A stretch of DNA of 64,000 nucleotides from Oscillospiraceae bacterium (GTDB lineage: Bacteria; Bacillota; Clostridia; Oscillospirales; Acutalibacteraceae). Under the pieces are notes generated by a model. That model worked only from the letters and a program-made list of their open reading frames with translations. It was not told the origin of the DNA and did no database searches. Below, piece by piece: positions 18,712 through 26,452 of this stretch. How positions within the stretch are numbered: the first letter of the stretch is position 1; every line of letters starts with the position of its first letter. The stretch lies in contig SVOT01000005.1 of assembly GCA_015066225.1 (NCBI GenBank), positions 4,498 through 68,497 of the forward strand, written 5' to 3'. The position numbers were made by a program, and so were the translations under genes.

Positions 18712-19617
18712 TTAATTCAAATTATCGATATATTTACAAGCGGCAAGAGCGGCTGTAGCACCGTCTGCTGTTGCGGTAGTAATCTGTCTTACTGTTTTTT
18801 TACGGCAATCGCCTGCAACAAAAACACCGTTTGTTTTTGTCACACAGCTTTCGTCAGCATCAAAGTAGCCGTATTCATCAAGTGTGGCATTTTCTGAGAA
18901 AGCTGAGTTCTTGGGCTCAAGACCGATAGCAACGAAAACTCCGTCAACCTCAACGGTTTTTTCACCGTCCCTTGTATTAAGAACAACAGCCTCAAGCTCG
19001 TCCTCTCCACGAAGACCGGCAACTGTAACCTCAGTCATAAACTCAACGTTTGGCTTGTTTTCAAGAATGTCAATGAGCTTCTTCTCACCTGTGAAGAAAG
19101 GAAGATTCTGGAAAAGATAAACCTTTTCGCAAATATCAGAGAGAAGAACAGCCTCCTGAAGAGCAGAGTTACCGCCGCCCACAACACCGACTGTCTGGCC
19201 CTTGAAAAATGCGCCGTCACAAACAGCACAATATGAAACACCTTTGCCCACAAGCTCGTTTTCTCTTTCAACGCCAAGCTGCCTGTGACGAACACCCACA
19301 GCGATAATAACCGCTTTTGCTTCATAAGCCTTGTTGCCCGCAAAAACAGTTTTATGAGTTCCGAAATCCGAAATACCTGTAACTGCTTCCATTTCAACCT
19401 CGGCGCCCATTGTAAGAACCTGGTCAAGAAGCTTGTCTGCAAACTCGTTACCGCTCATTTCAGCAAAGCCGGGGTAATTTTCAATTTTGGGAGAAAAGGT
19501 CACCTGACCCCCAAAGGTTGATTTTTCTATAACAAGCACACTTTTTGATGCTCTGAGAGCATAGAGTGCGGCGGTGAGCCCCGCAGGACCTGCACCGACA
19601 ATTATAATATCGTACAT
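18712..19617 (-). CDS. trxB: thioredoxin-disulfide reductase
   Basis: IIIVGAGPAGLTAALYA FAD motif, redox-active CAVCDG, 301 aa. Confidence 0.9.
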   Translation of the reverse strand: MYDIIIVGAGPAGLTAALYALRASKSVLVIEKSTFGGQVTFSPKIENYPGFAEMSGNEFADKLLDQVLTMGAEVEMEAVTGISDFGTHKTVFAGNKAYEAKAVIIAVGVRHRQLGVERENELVGKGVSYCAVCDGAFFKGQTVGVVGGGNSALQEAVLLSDICEKVYLFQNLPFFTGEKKLIDILENKPNVEFMTEVTVAGLRGEDELEAVVLNTRDGEKTVEVDGVFVAIGLEPKNSAFSENATLDEYGYFDADESCVTKTNGVFVAGDCRKKTVRQITTATADGATAALAACKYIDNLN

Positions 19618-19684
19618 AAATATTGCTCCGTTTATGCAAATGGGCTGTAAAAAACTTGTTTTTCACAGCCCATTTCATTATTTA

Positions 19685-22066
19685 TTAAAGAGATTCTATG
19701 AAATCCTTGATTGCAGGAAGGTCTGCGATTTTTTCAGCAACATCACCCTTCTGAACAACAAGGGTGGGTGCCTGTTTGAGCTCAAGCTCCTTTGCAAGCT
19801 CAACATTTTCTTCTACGAAAAGCTTTTCGTATGCAATGCCTTTTTTCTCAAGAAGCTGTGCCGCTATCTTGCATTTGGGGCAGGTTTTTGTTGCAAAAAG
19901 GATGAATTTTGCGTCGCTGTCAACAACTACCTTTTCTTTTTTGCAGCCGCAATCACAATGAGCATGGTCAATTGTTCTTTCGGATTTTTCAAACCTTGAG
20001 TTTGCAACGTCATAAACTTTTCTGTCCTTGAATTCCTGAGCTTTACCGTCGTTGAAGTTCTGAACGGGACGATAGTAGCCTGTGATACGGCTGTAAACCT
20101 CTGTGGTGTTGCCGCAATCGGGACACTCATATTCTTCACCTGCAATATAACCGTGGTTGCAGCAAACTGAATATGTGGGTGAAATTGAATAATAAGGAAG
20201 CCTGTAGTTATCGGCAATTTTCTTGACAATATCTGCAGCGGCTTTCCAATCGGGGAGCTTCTCGCCAAGGAATGCGTGGAAAACAGTACCCGAAGTGTAA
20301 AGTGTGTGAAGCTCATCCTGAGCATCAAGAGCCTCGAAAATGTCTGCTGTGTAGCCAACGGGAAGGTGTGAAGAGTTGGTGTAGTAGGGTGTGCCGTTTT
20401 CATTTGCTGTGATAATTGCGGGATAGTGCTTTTTATCGTGCTTTGCAAAACGGTAGGTTGTGGACTCTGCGGGAGTAGCCTCAAGGTTATAGAGGTCGCC
20501 GTAAAGCTCCTGGTAGTCTGAAAGTCTTTCTCTCATATGGTTGAGAACGTTCTTTGCAAACTCCTGAGTCTCTTTATGTGTCATATCCTTACGGAGCCAT
20601 TTTGCGTTGAGACCAACCTCGTTCATGCCGATAAGACCGATTGTTGAGAAGTGGTTGTTGAATGTGCCGAGGTATCTCTTTGTGTAGGGATAAAGACCTT
20701 CGTCAAGAAGCTTTGTGATAATCTCTCTCTTAACCTTGAGAGAACGTGCAGAGATATCCATAAGCTTATCGAGTCTTCTGTAGAAATCCTCAACATCTTC
20801 TGAAAGGTATGCGATTCTGGGAAGGTTAATTGTTACAACACCGATTGAACCTGTGCTTTCGCCGCTACCGAAGAAGCCACCGCTCTTTTTACGGAGCTCA
20901 CGAAGGTCAAGACGAAGTCTGCAGCACATTGAACGTACGTCGCTGGGCTCCATATCGGAGTTAACATAGTTTGAGAAATATGGTGTGCCGTATTTTGCGG
21001 TCATTTCAAAGAGAAGCTTGTTGTTCTCTGTCTCTGACCAGTCAAAATCTCTTGTGATTGAATATGTGGGGATGGGATACTGGAAGCCTCTGCCGTGAGC
21101 ATCGCCCTCGATCATTGTTTCAATGAAGGCTCTGTTGACCATATCCATCTCTTTTTTACAGTCGCCGTATGTGAAATCCATCTCTTTGCCGCCGACGATA
21201 GCAGGCATATCCTTGAGGTCTGCGGGAACAGTCCAGTCAAGAGTGATGTTTGAGAAGGGTGCCTGTGTACCCCAGCGAGAAGGTGTATTTACACCGAAGA
21301 TGAAGGATTCGATGCATTTTTTAACCTGCTTGTAGTCAAGATTATCAACCTTAACAAAGGGTGCAAGATATGTGTCAAAGGATGAGAAAGCCTGAGCACC
21401 TGCCCACTCATTCTGCATAATACCAAGGAAGTTTACCATCTGGTTGCAAAGAGTTGCAAGGTGGCTTGCGGGAGCAGAGGTAATCTTGCCGGGAACGCCG
21501 CCGAGACCCTCCTGAATAAGCTGTTTAAGAGACCAACCTGCACAGTAACCTGTAAGCATTGAAAGGTCGTGGATGTGAATGTCACCGCTACGGTGTGCAT
21601 TTGCAACCTCTTCGTCATAAACCTCAGAGAGCCAGTAGTTGGCAGTGATTGCACCGGAGTTTGAAAGGATAAGACCACCAACAGAATATGTTACTGTTGA
21701 GTTTTCTTTAACACGCCAGTCTGTAACCTTAACGTAGCTGTCAACAAGATCCTTATAGTCAAGGATTGTTGATTTCATATTACGGATCTTTTCACGGTTT
21801 TTTCTGTAAAGAATGTACGCCTTCGCAACATCTGCATAACCCGCCTGAACAAGAACAGACTCAACGCTGTCCTGAACGTCCTCAACAGCAATGAGATTGT
21901 TGCTGATTTTGGGCTCGAAGTTCGCTGTAACTTTAAGTGCAAGGAAATCAATGATGTTGTCGTTATACTGTTTGTTGCATGCTTCAAATGCTTTTTTGAT
22001 GGCTACGGCAATTTTGGATATGTCAAAATCCGCAACGTCGCCGTCTCTTTTAATTACCTGATACAT
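19685..22066 (-). CDS. nrdD: anaerobic ribonucleoside-triphosphate reductase (class III) with a fused C-terminal glutaredoxin/NrdH-like domain
   Basis: ATP-cone start MYQVIKRDGDVADF (ATG 22066, GGAG RBS), Zn-ribbon CPDCG, glycyl radical site SRITGYYRP. About 115 extra C-terminal residues contain FATKTCPKCK in a thioredoxin-fold-like context. Confidence 0.9.
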   Translation of the reverse strand: MYQVIKRDGDVADFDISKIAVAIKKAFEACNKQYNDNIIDFLALKVTANFEPKISNNLIAVEDVQDSVESVLVQAGYADVAKAYILYRKNREKIRNMKSTILDYKDLVDSYVKVTDWRVKENSTVTYSVGGLILSNSGAITANYWLSEVYDEEVANAHRSGDIHIHDLSMLTGYCAGWSLKQLIQEGLGGVPGKITSAPASHLATLCNQMVNFLGIMQNEWAGAQAFSSFDTYLAPFVKVDNLDYKQVKKCIESFIFGVNTPSRWGTQAPFSNITLDWTVPADLKDMPAIVGGKEMDFTYGDCKKEMDMVNRAFIETMIEGDAHGRGFQYPIPTYSITRDFDWSETENNKLLFEMTAKYGTPYFSNYVNSDMEPSDVRSMCCRLRLDLRELRKKSGGFFGSGESTGSIGVVTINLPRIAYLSEDVEDFYRRLDKLMDISARSLKVKREIITKLLDEGLYPYTKRYLGTFNNHFSTIGLIGMNEVGLNAKWLRKDMTHKETQEFAKNVLNHMRERLSDYQELYGDLYNLEATPAESTTYRFAKHDKKHYPAIITANENGTPYYTNSSHLPVGYTADIFEALDAQDELHTLYTSGTVFHAFLGEKLPDWKAAADIVKKIADNYRLPYYSISPTYSVCCNHGYIAGEEYECPDCGNTTEVYSRITGYYRPVQNFNDGKAQEFKDRKVYDVANSRFEKSERTIDHAHCDCGCKKEKVVVDSDAKFILFATKTCPKCKIAAQLLEKKGIAYEKLFVEENVELAKELELKQAPTLVVQKGDVAEKIADLPAIKDFIESL

Positions 22067-22130
22067 AGACTTTCTCCTTCTTTTTATTTCTTTATTTTTT
22101 CTGGCATTGTCGAAATGCCGACCGATAGAA

Positions 22131-22159
22131 ATAATAGCAGATATGCACACCATTGTCAA
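22131..22159 (-). promoter_or_regulatory. putative nrdD promoter, TTGACA-17-TATTAT (minus strand)
   Basis: Hexamers read on the minus strand. It lies immediately downstream of NrdR box 1. Confidence 0.4.
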
Positions 22160-22166
22160 TAGCAAA

Positions 22167-22224
22167 ACACAATATATTGTGTCTGTATTTGAATTATTTT
22201 TCTTGCAAACACAAGATATTGGTG
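22167..22224 (-). promoter_or_regulatory. NrdR boxes 1 and 2
   Basis: ACACAATATATTGTGT (22167-22182, perfect palindrome) and ACACAAGATATTGGTG (22209-22224) match the published NrdR box consensus acaCwAtATaTwGtgt. Confidence 0.7.
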
Positions 22225-22314
22225 GTTTTTGTGCAAAATATAGCAAATTTGCACATATCTCCACTCGTCTTTTTGTGTATTATTTTGTCGATTGTGAAAA
22301 ACGCAAAAAACATA

Positions 22315-22352
22315 CCACAAGATATAGTGGTCAAATACACTATATCTTGTGG
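22315..22352 (-). promoter_or_regulatory. NrdR boxes 3 and 4
   Basis: CCACAAGATATAGTGG (22315-22330) and ACACTATATCTTGTGG (22337-22352), arranged as an inverted pair 22 bp apart. Confidence 0.65.
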
Positions 22353-22403
22353 TTAACAACAAAATATCACTCATATTTTTCTATATGCGAGTGTGCAGAA
22401 ATC

Positions 22404-23093
22404 TCAGATTCCGCGGAGCTCAGCAGTGGGAATATGCTTTCTTGCCGCCTCCAGCATAAGATGCATTTCAGCCTTGCTCACACCCTTGCAGGCGCTGTCA
22501 ATAAGGTTGCCTGAATCAACAAAATTCTGCAAAAAATATTTTTTCGTGCCCTTTATCCACTCCGCCGCCTTTTCGATGCTTTCAACCGTGTGAAAATCGG
22601 CAGTTACGGTGGTTCTGAATTCGTAGTCAACACCGCTGTTCTGAAGAAGCCTTATGCTTTCCTCAACAGGGACAATATCAAAGCTCTCAACACCTACTGT
22701 ACGGGCATATTTTTCAGGGCTGTTTTTTATATCCATTGCCACATAATCTGCAAGGCCAAGCTGAAGAATACCGTCGAGCTTTTCGGGGTAGCAGCCGTTT
22801 GTGTCAAGCTTGACAAGAAAGCCCTTGTCCTTTATCTCGTAAAGAAATCGCTCAATATCCTTTTGCAAAAGAGGCTCGCCGCCTGTTACCGCAACACCGT
22901 CTAAAACGTTTTTTCGCCTATCAAGATGCTCAAAAATCTCTTCCTCGCTGAAAAAAACATCGTTCTGCTCCGTTACAAGCAGAGCATTGTGGCAGAAGGG
23001 ACAGCGAAGATTGCAACCCGCCGTAAAAACCGTGCAGGCGGTCTTACCCGGGAAATCTAAAAGAGTCAGCTTCTGAAATCCTTTGATTATCAT
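22404..23093 (-). CDS. nrdG: anaerobic ribonucleoside-triphosphate reductase activating protein (radical SAM)
   Basis: FTAGCNLRCPFCHN cluster motif, about 229 aa. I prefer ATG 23093 because AGGTGA sits 5 nt upstream; the track's GTG 23102 lies inside that RBS. Confidence 0.85.
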   Translation of the reverse strand: MIIKGFQKLTLLDFPGKTACTVFTAGCNLRCPFCHNALLVTEQNDVFFSEEEIFEHLDRRKNVLDGVAVTGGEPLLQKDIERFLYEIKDKGFLVKLDTNGCYPEKLDGILQLGLADYVAMDIKNSPEKYARTVGVESFDIVPVEESIRLLQNSGVDYEFRTTVTADFHTVESIEKAAEWIKGTKKYFLQNFVDSGNLIDSACKGVSKAEMHLMLEAARKHIPTAELRGI

Positions 23094-23229
23094 TTTTATC
23101 ACCTATGGGAATTATATATCCACCTCCGGCATTAGTCAACAAAAAACCGTTTTTTTCTTAAAAACAACAATATTCGCAAAAATCACAATATCTATACAAT
23201 AATGGTTTATTAAAACTGTATTTTGTGTA

Positions 23230-23258
23230 TTTACATTTGAAAACATTTGTGTTATAAT
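23230..23258 (+). promoter_or_regulatory. promoter TTTACA-17-TATAAT with extended -10 (TGT)
   Basis: Hexamers at 23230-23235 and 23253-23258, with TG at -15/-14, about 38 bp upstream of ATG 23296. Confidence 0.55.
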
Positions 23259-23295
23259 GCTCTTACATATATTAGACATTTTGGAGGAATTTATC

Positions 23296-23916
23296 ATGAA
23301 AACAAGAAAAGCTCTTGCTGTTATGCTTGCAGTTGTTATGCTTGTTGTGCCTATGGCAGTTTCATCAATGGCTGCTGTTACAATAGCTGACCCTGCTGTC
23401 AAAACAGCTTACACAGACGCTGAGTGCTTCAATCCCCAGGGCTTGGTCGTTAACGTTGACGGTGTTAGAGTTGAATACTCCGCAACAGACGTAAACTTCC
23501 GTTTTGTTCCCTCTCTCAACGAGTTCCTTTCCGTTGACGACACAGAAGTTTTCGTTTATTACAAAAACGAGCTTGTAGGTAGCGTTGCCATCACTGTTGA
23601 GCACACTCTCGGTGAGCTCACAAGCATCGACAACGGTCACGGCAGATATTGCCTCGGCTGTGGCGAGCTTCACGAATTTGAAGAGCATGTTATCAACGAG
23701 TGGATCCCTAACGATGACGGTGGCGTTTTCGTACCCCAGACTCAGACAGGTACCTGCGAAATCTGTGGCGGTACTTTCACACAGAGCATCCCCGGCTCCG
23801 AGCACTTCGCAAACCTCTTCGACTTCGATAATATGACATCTCTTGAAAGCACAATCGTTGGTTACATTTACCAGATCGCTGTTTCTCTCATCCAGATGCT
23901 TGTCGGCATTTATTAA
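23296..23916 (+). CDS. secreted protein with a double CxxCG/His module and a hydrophobic C-terminal tail (paralog 1)
   Basis: Signal peptide MKTRKALAVMLAVVMLVVPMAVSSMAA. Module HTLGEL..HGRYCLGCGELHEFEEH..TGTCEICGG, with tail IVGYIYQIAVSLIQMLVGIY. GGAGG RBS. Confidence 0.6.
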   Translation: MKTRKALAVMLAVVMLVVPMAVSSMAAVTIADPAVKTAYTDAECFNPQGLVVNVDGVRVEYSATDVNFRFVPSLNEFLSVDDTEVFVYYKNELVGSVAITVEHTLGELTSIDNGHGRYCLGCGELHEFEEHVINEWIPNDDGGVFVPQTQTGTCEICGGTFTQSIPGSEHFANLFDFDNMTSLESTIVGYIYQIAVSLIQMLVGIY

Positions 23917-23935
23917 TCCAAGGAGGCACTAAACA

Positions 23936-25039
23936 ATGAAAGCAAAAAAACTTATTTCCGCAGTTCTTGTTGTTGCTATGCTTTTCACAATAATGAGCAT
24001 CAGCGTAAGTGCTGCTTCCCTTACTTTTACCAATACGGTAACATACGACATCACCAGCTTGGCTGAGCTTAACCCTGATAACTTTGACATTTCTGTTAAA
24101 GTTGACGAAAGCAAATACGTTGCCGGTGAAGGTGGTTCAAAAGCATACACAACAGAGGTTACTTCTGCAGTTGTTGACGGTGTTGACTACTTTGTTGAGC
24201 CCGAAGCATTCTTTGAAATTTTTGCACAGAATGTTGGCGAAGGAGCAAAAAGTAAAACAATTGAAATAACCTTCTCTATCGTTTTTGAAGACGACTCTGT
24301 TTTCGGTGAGCTTGATTACGAAGTTATCATCAAGGGCTTCTCACTCCCCTCAACATCAGGCGGAGATGACCTTATCGGTGGCGCTCTTGAAAACATCAAG
24401 GTTGCTACAGACCTCAAAATTCCCGGCACATTTGCTGACTTCCCCGCAATTGTTGCAAGCTCTATCGTTACAGTTTCAAAACCCGAGAAAACTGATTTCT
24501 TCGATACAGAAAAATACTCTTTGGAAGGCACAGTAATTGAATTCCGGTTGTCAACAGGTGTGAATGCATCTCTTGAATACAACGAAAATACCAAGAATAT
24601 GTTCTCAACTGTTCCCTCAACATCAGGTAACCTTTCGGTTAACGATTCTGAGGTTGCTGTATTCTTCAACAACACTCTTATCTTCTACTCTCCCATTTCT
24701 GTTCAGCACAAATGGTCAGATGGTTATGTAAACATCACAACAGGTAAATACACAGCTACAAAACCCGGTTACCACGCTGTCGTTTGTGAAGGCTGCGGCG
24801 AAACACACGATGCTCAGCCCCACGTTGTTGACGACAACGCCTGGACTTACAACAACGACCAGACCTTCGTTGCTAACGGAACTGAATCTACAAAATGCCT
24901 TGATTGTGGCACAGTTCTCACAAGAGACACTTTCCACACTGCTGATTACAACACAGCATTTGGCGATCTTCACTTCCTTCTTGTAATCTTTGACTACATC
25001 AACGTTCTTCTCAGATTCATCGGTGCAGCAATCGGCTGA
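23936..25039 (+). CDS. secreted protein with a double CxxCG/His module and a hydrophobic C-terminal tail (paralog 2)
   Basis: Signal peptide MKAKKLISAVLVVAMLFTIMSISVSAAS. Module HKWSDG..YHAVVCEGCGETHDAQPH..STKCLDCG, with tail LHFLLVIFDYINVLLRFIGAAIG. Confidence 0.6.
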   Translation: MKAKKLISAVLVVAMLFTIMSISVSAASLTFTNTVTYDITSLAELNPDNFDISVKVDESKYVAGEGGSKAYTTEVTSAVVDGVDYFVEPEAFFEIFAQNVGEGAKSKTIEITFSIVFEDDSVFGELDYEVIIKGFSLPSTSGGDDLIGGALENIKVATDLKIPGTFADFPAIVASSIVTVSKPEKTDFFDTEKYSLEGTVIEFRLSTGVNASLEYNENTKNMFSTVPSTSGNLSVNDSEVAVFFNNTLIFYSPISVQHKWSDGYVNITTGKYTATKPGYHAVVCEGCGETHDAQPHVVDDNAWTYNNDQTFVANGTESTKCLDCGTVLTRDTFHTADYNTAFGDLHFLLVIFDYINVLLRFIGAAIG

Positions 25040-25062
25040 TAGATAAATTCCTAATATATATT

Positions 25063-25099
25063 AACCGCTACTCAAATGAGTAGCGGTTTTCTTTTTTTG
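25063..25099 (+). terminator. rho-independent terminator
   Basis: Hairpin AACCGCTACTC-aaat-GAGTAGCGGTT followed by a T-rich run. Confidence 0.75.
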
Positions 25100-25130
25100 T
25101 GTTGACAAATGGAAAAATATATGTTACTGT

Positions 25131-25161
25131 GTAACTGTGATAGCACACATATCACAGTTAC
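25131..25161 (+). promoter_or_regulatory. perfect 12-bp inverted repeat, likely GntR/YtrA operator
   Basis: GTAACTGTGATA-gcacaca-TATCACAGTTAC lies just downstream of TTGACA (25102)-17-TACTGT and 16 bp upstream of the GntR start. Confidence 0.55.
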
Positions 25162-25176
25162 GAAGGAGGTGACGAA

Positions 25177-25554
25177 GTGATAAACATTGACCCTTACAGT
25201 CGCACACCGATTTTTGAGCAAATTAAGGAGCAAATCCTTAACCTTATTAATATAGGGGAGCTCAAGCCCGGTGACAAGCTGCCCTCGATACGTCAGCTGG
25301 CTTCAGACCTGGAACTGAATGTCAACACCGTTAAAAGGGCTTTTCAGGAGCTTGAAACCGAGCAGGTAACCTATTCCGTGCCGGGAAAAGGTGTTTTCAT
25401 CAGCAATTCCGCTATCGCAAACACAATTGTTCTCGACAGCGCGCAAAAGGAATTATTGCGTATTCTCACTTCTTCAAAAGCAAAAGGAATGACTTATGAT
25501 ATGGTTATTTCTTTGGCAAAAACAATATACGAAAAGGGTGATACAGATGATTGA
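25177..25554 (+). CDS. GntR family (YtrA-like) transcriptional regulator
   Basis: 125 aa. wHTH block KLPSIRQLASDLELNVNTVKRAFQELETEQVTYSVPGKGVFI. GTG start with GGAGG RBS. Confidence 0.8.
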   Translation: MINIDPYSRTPIFEQIKEQILNLINIGELKPGDKLPSIRQLASDLELNVNTVKRAFQELETEQVTYSVPGKGVFISNSAIANTIVLDSAQKELLRILTSSKAKGMTYDMVISLAKTIYEKGDTDD

Positions 25555-26452
25555 AATCAAATCCGTAACGAAGAAATACGGCGATTTTACCGCAATAGAA
25601 AACATTTCGCTGACGGTTGAGGATTCCTCCGTGTTGGGTCTTGCGGGCTTCAACGGCAGCGGCAAAACAACCCTGCTTAATGTTTGTGCCGGTATTTACA
25701 GAGCAGAAAACGGTTGCGTGCTCCTTGACGGAAAAGATGCATTTGACAACAACAATGAGCGCCTTTCCCTTTTTTATCTGCCGGATAATCTTTGGTTTCC
25801 CAAAGGTTCAACAATAAAATCTGCCGCAAAGCGCTATGCAAGCTACTTCCCCGATTTCGATTTTAATATCCTTAACAAAATATGCGATATTTTCGGTCTT
25901 GACCCGAAAAAAAGCATCAGAAGCCTTTCAAAGGGTATGGCAAGACAGGCAAGCCTGGCTATTGCGTTTGCCGCAAAGCCTAAATACCTTTTGATTGACG
26001 AAACCTTCGACGGGCTTGACCCCCACAAAAAAGAGCTTGTGAGAAAGCTTCTCACAGAATACATAAACGACACAGAGGCTTCGGTCATAATCAGCTCACA
26101 CGACCTGAGAGAAATTGCCGGCGTTTGCGACCAAGTAGCAATCATCAACGGCAAAAGCGTTATTCTCTCCTGCCCGTTGGGGGATGTCAGCCAACATTAC
26201 AGAAAGGTTGAAATGACCTTTAATATGCCTGTAACCGAGCTTCAGTTTTCCGCAATCAATTACAGAAAACTGAAATTATCGGGTAAAAAGGCATACTTGA
26301 CCATATGTGGTGATGTTGAAGCTGAGCTTCAGAAGCTCAATAGTCTTGGTGCGGTGGAAATCAATACTACGCTCCTTACACTCGACGAAGTATTTTCAGA
26401 AGAAACGGAGGCTGTGACAGATAATGAAAAAATCAAATCTCTCTTTAAATAA
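25547..26452 (+). CDS. ABC transporter ATP-binding protein
   Basis: Walker A GFNGSGKTT, signature LSKGMARQ, Walker B LLIDETFDGLD. ATG 25547 overlaps the GntR stop. Confidence 0.85.
   Translation: MIEIKSVTKKYGDFTAIENISLTVEDSSVLGLAGFNGSGKTTLLNVCAGIYRAENGCVLLDGKDAFDNNNERLSLFYLPDNLWFPKGSTIKSAAKRYASYFPDFDFNILNKICDIFGLDPKKSIRSLSKGMARQASLAIAFAAKPKYLLIDETFDGLDPHKKELVRKLLTEYINDTEASVIISSHDLREIAGVCDQVAIINGKSVILSCPLGDVSQHYRKVEMTFNMPVTELQFSAINYRKLKLSGKKAYLTICGDVEAELQKLNSLGAVEINTTLLTLDEVFSEETEAVTDNEKIKSLFK

Noticed and set aside
19638-19676. 11-bp-stem hairpin (AAATGGGCTGT..ACAGCCCATTT) between nrdD and trxB as a terminator
   Set aside because: No T-run follows on the transcribed (minus) strand. It may be an mRNA stability or processing hairpin, but I cannot call it a terminator.
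23155-23215. Possible NrdR box upstream of nrdG (TCACAATATCTATACA)
   Set aside because: Only the left half matches the consensus. It is too weak to report as a site.
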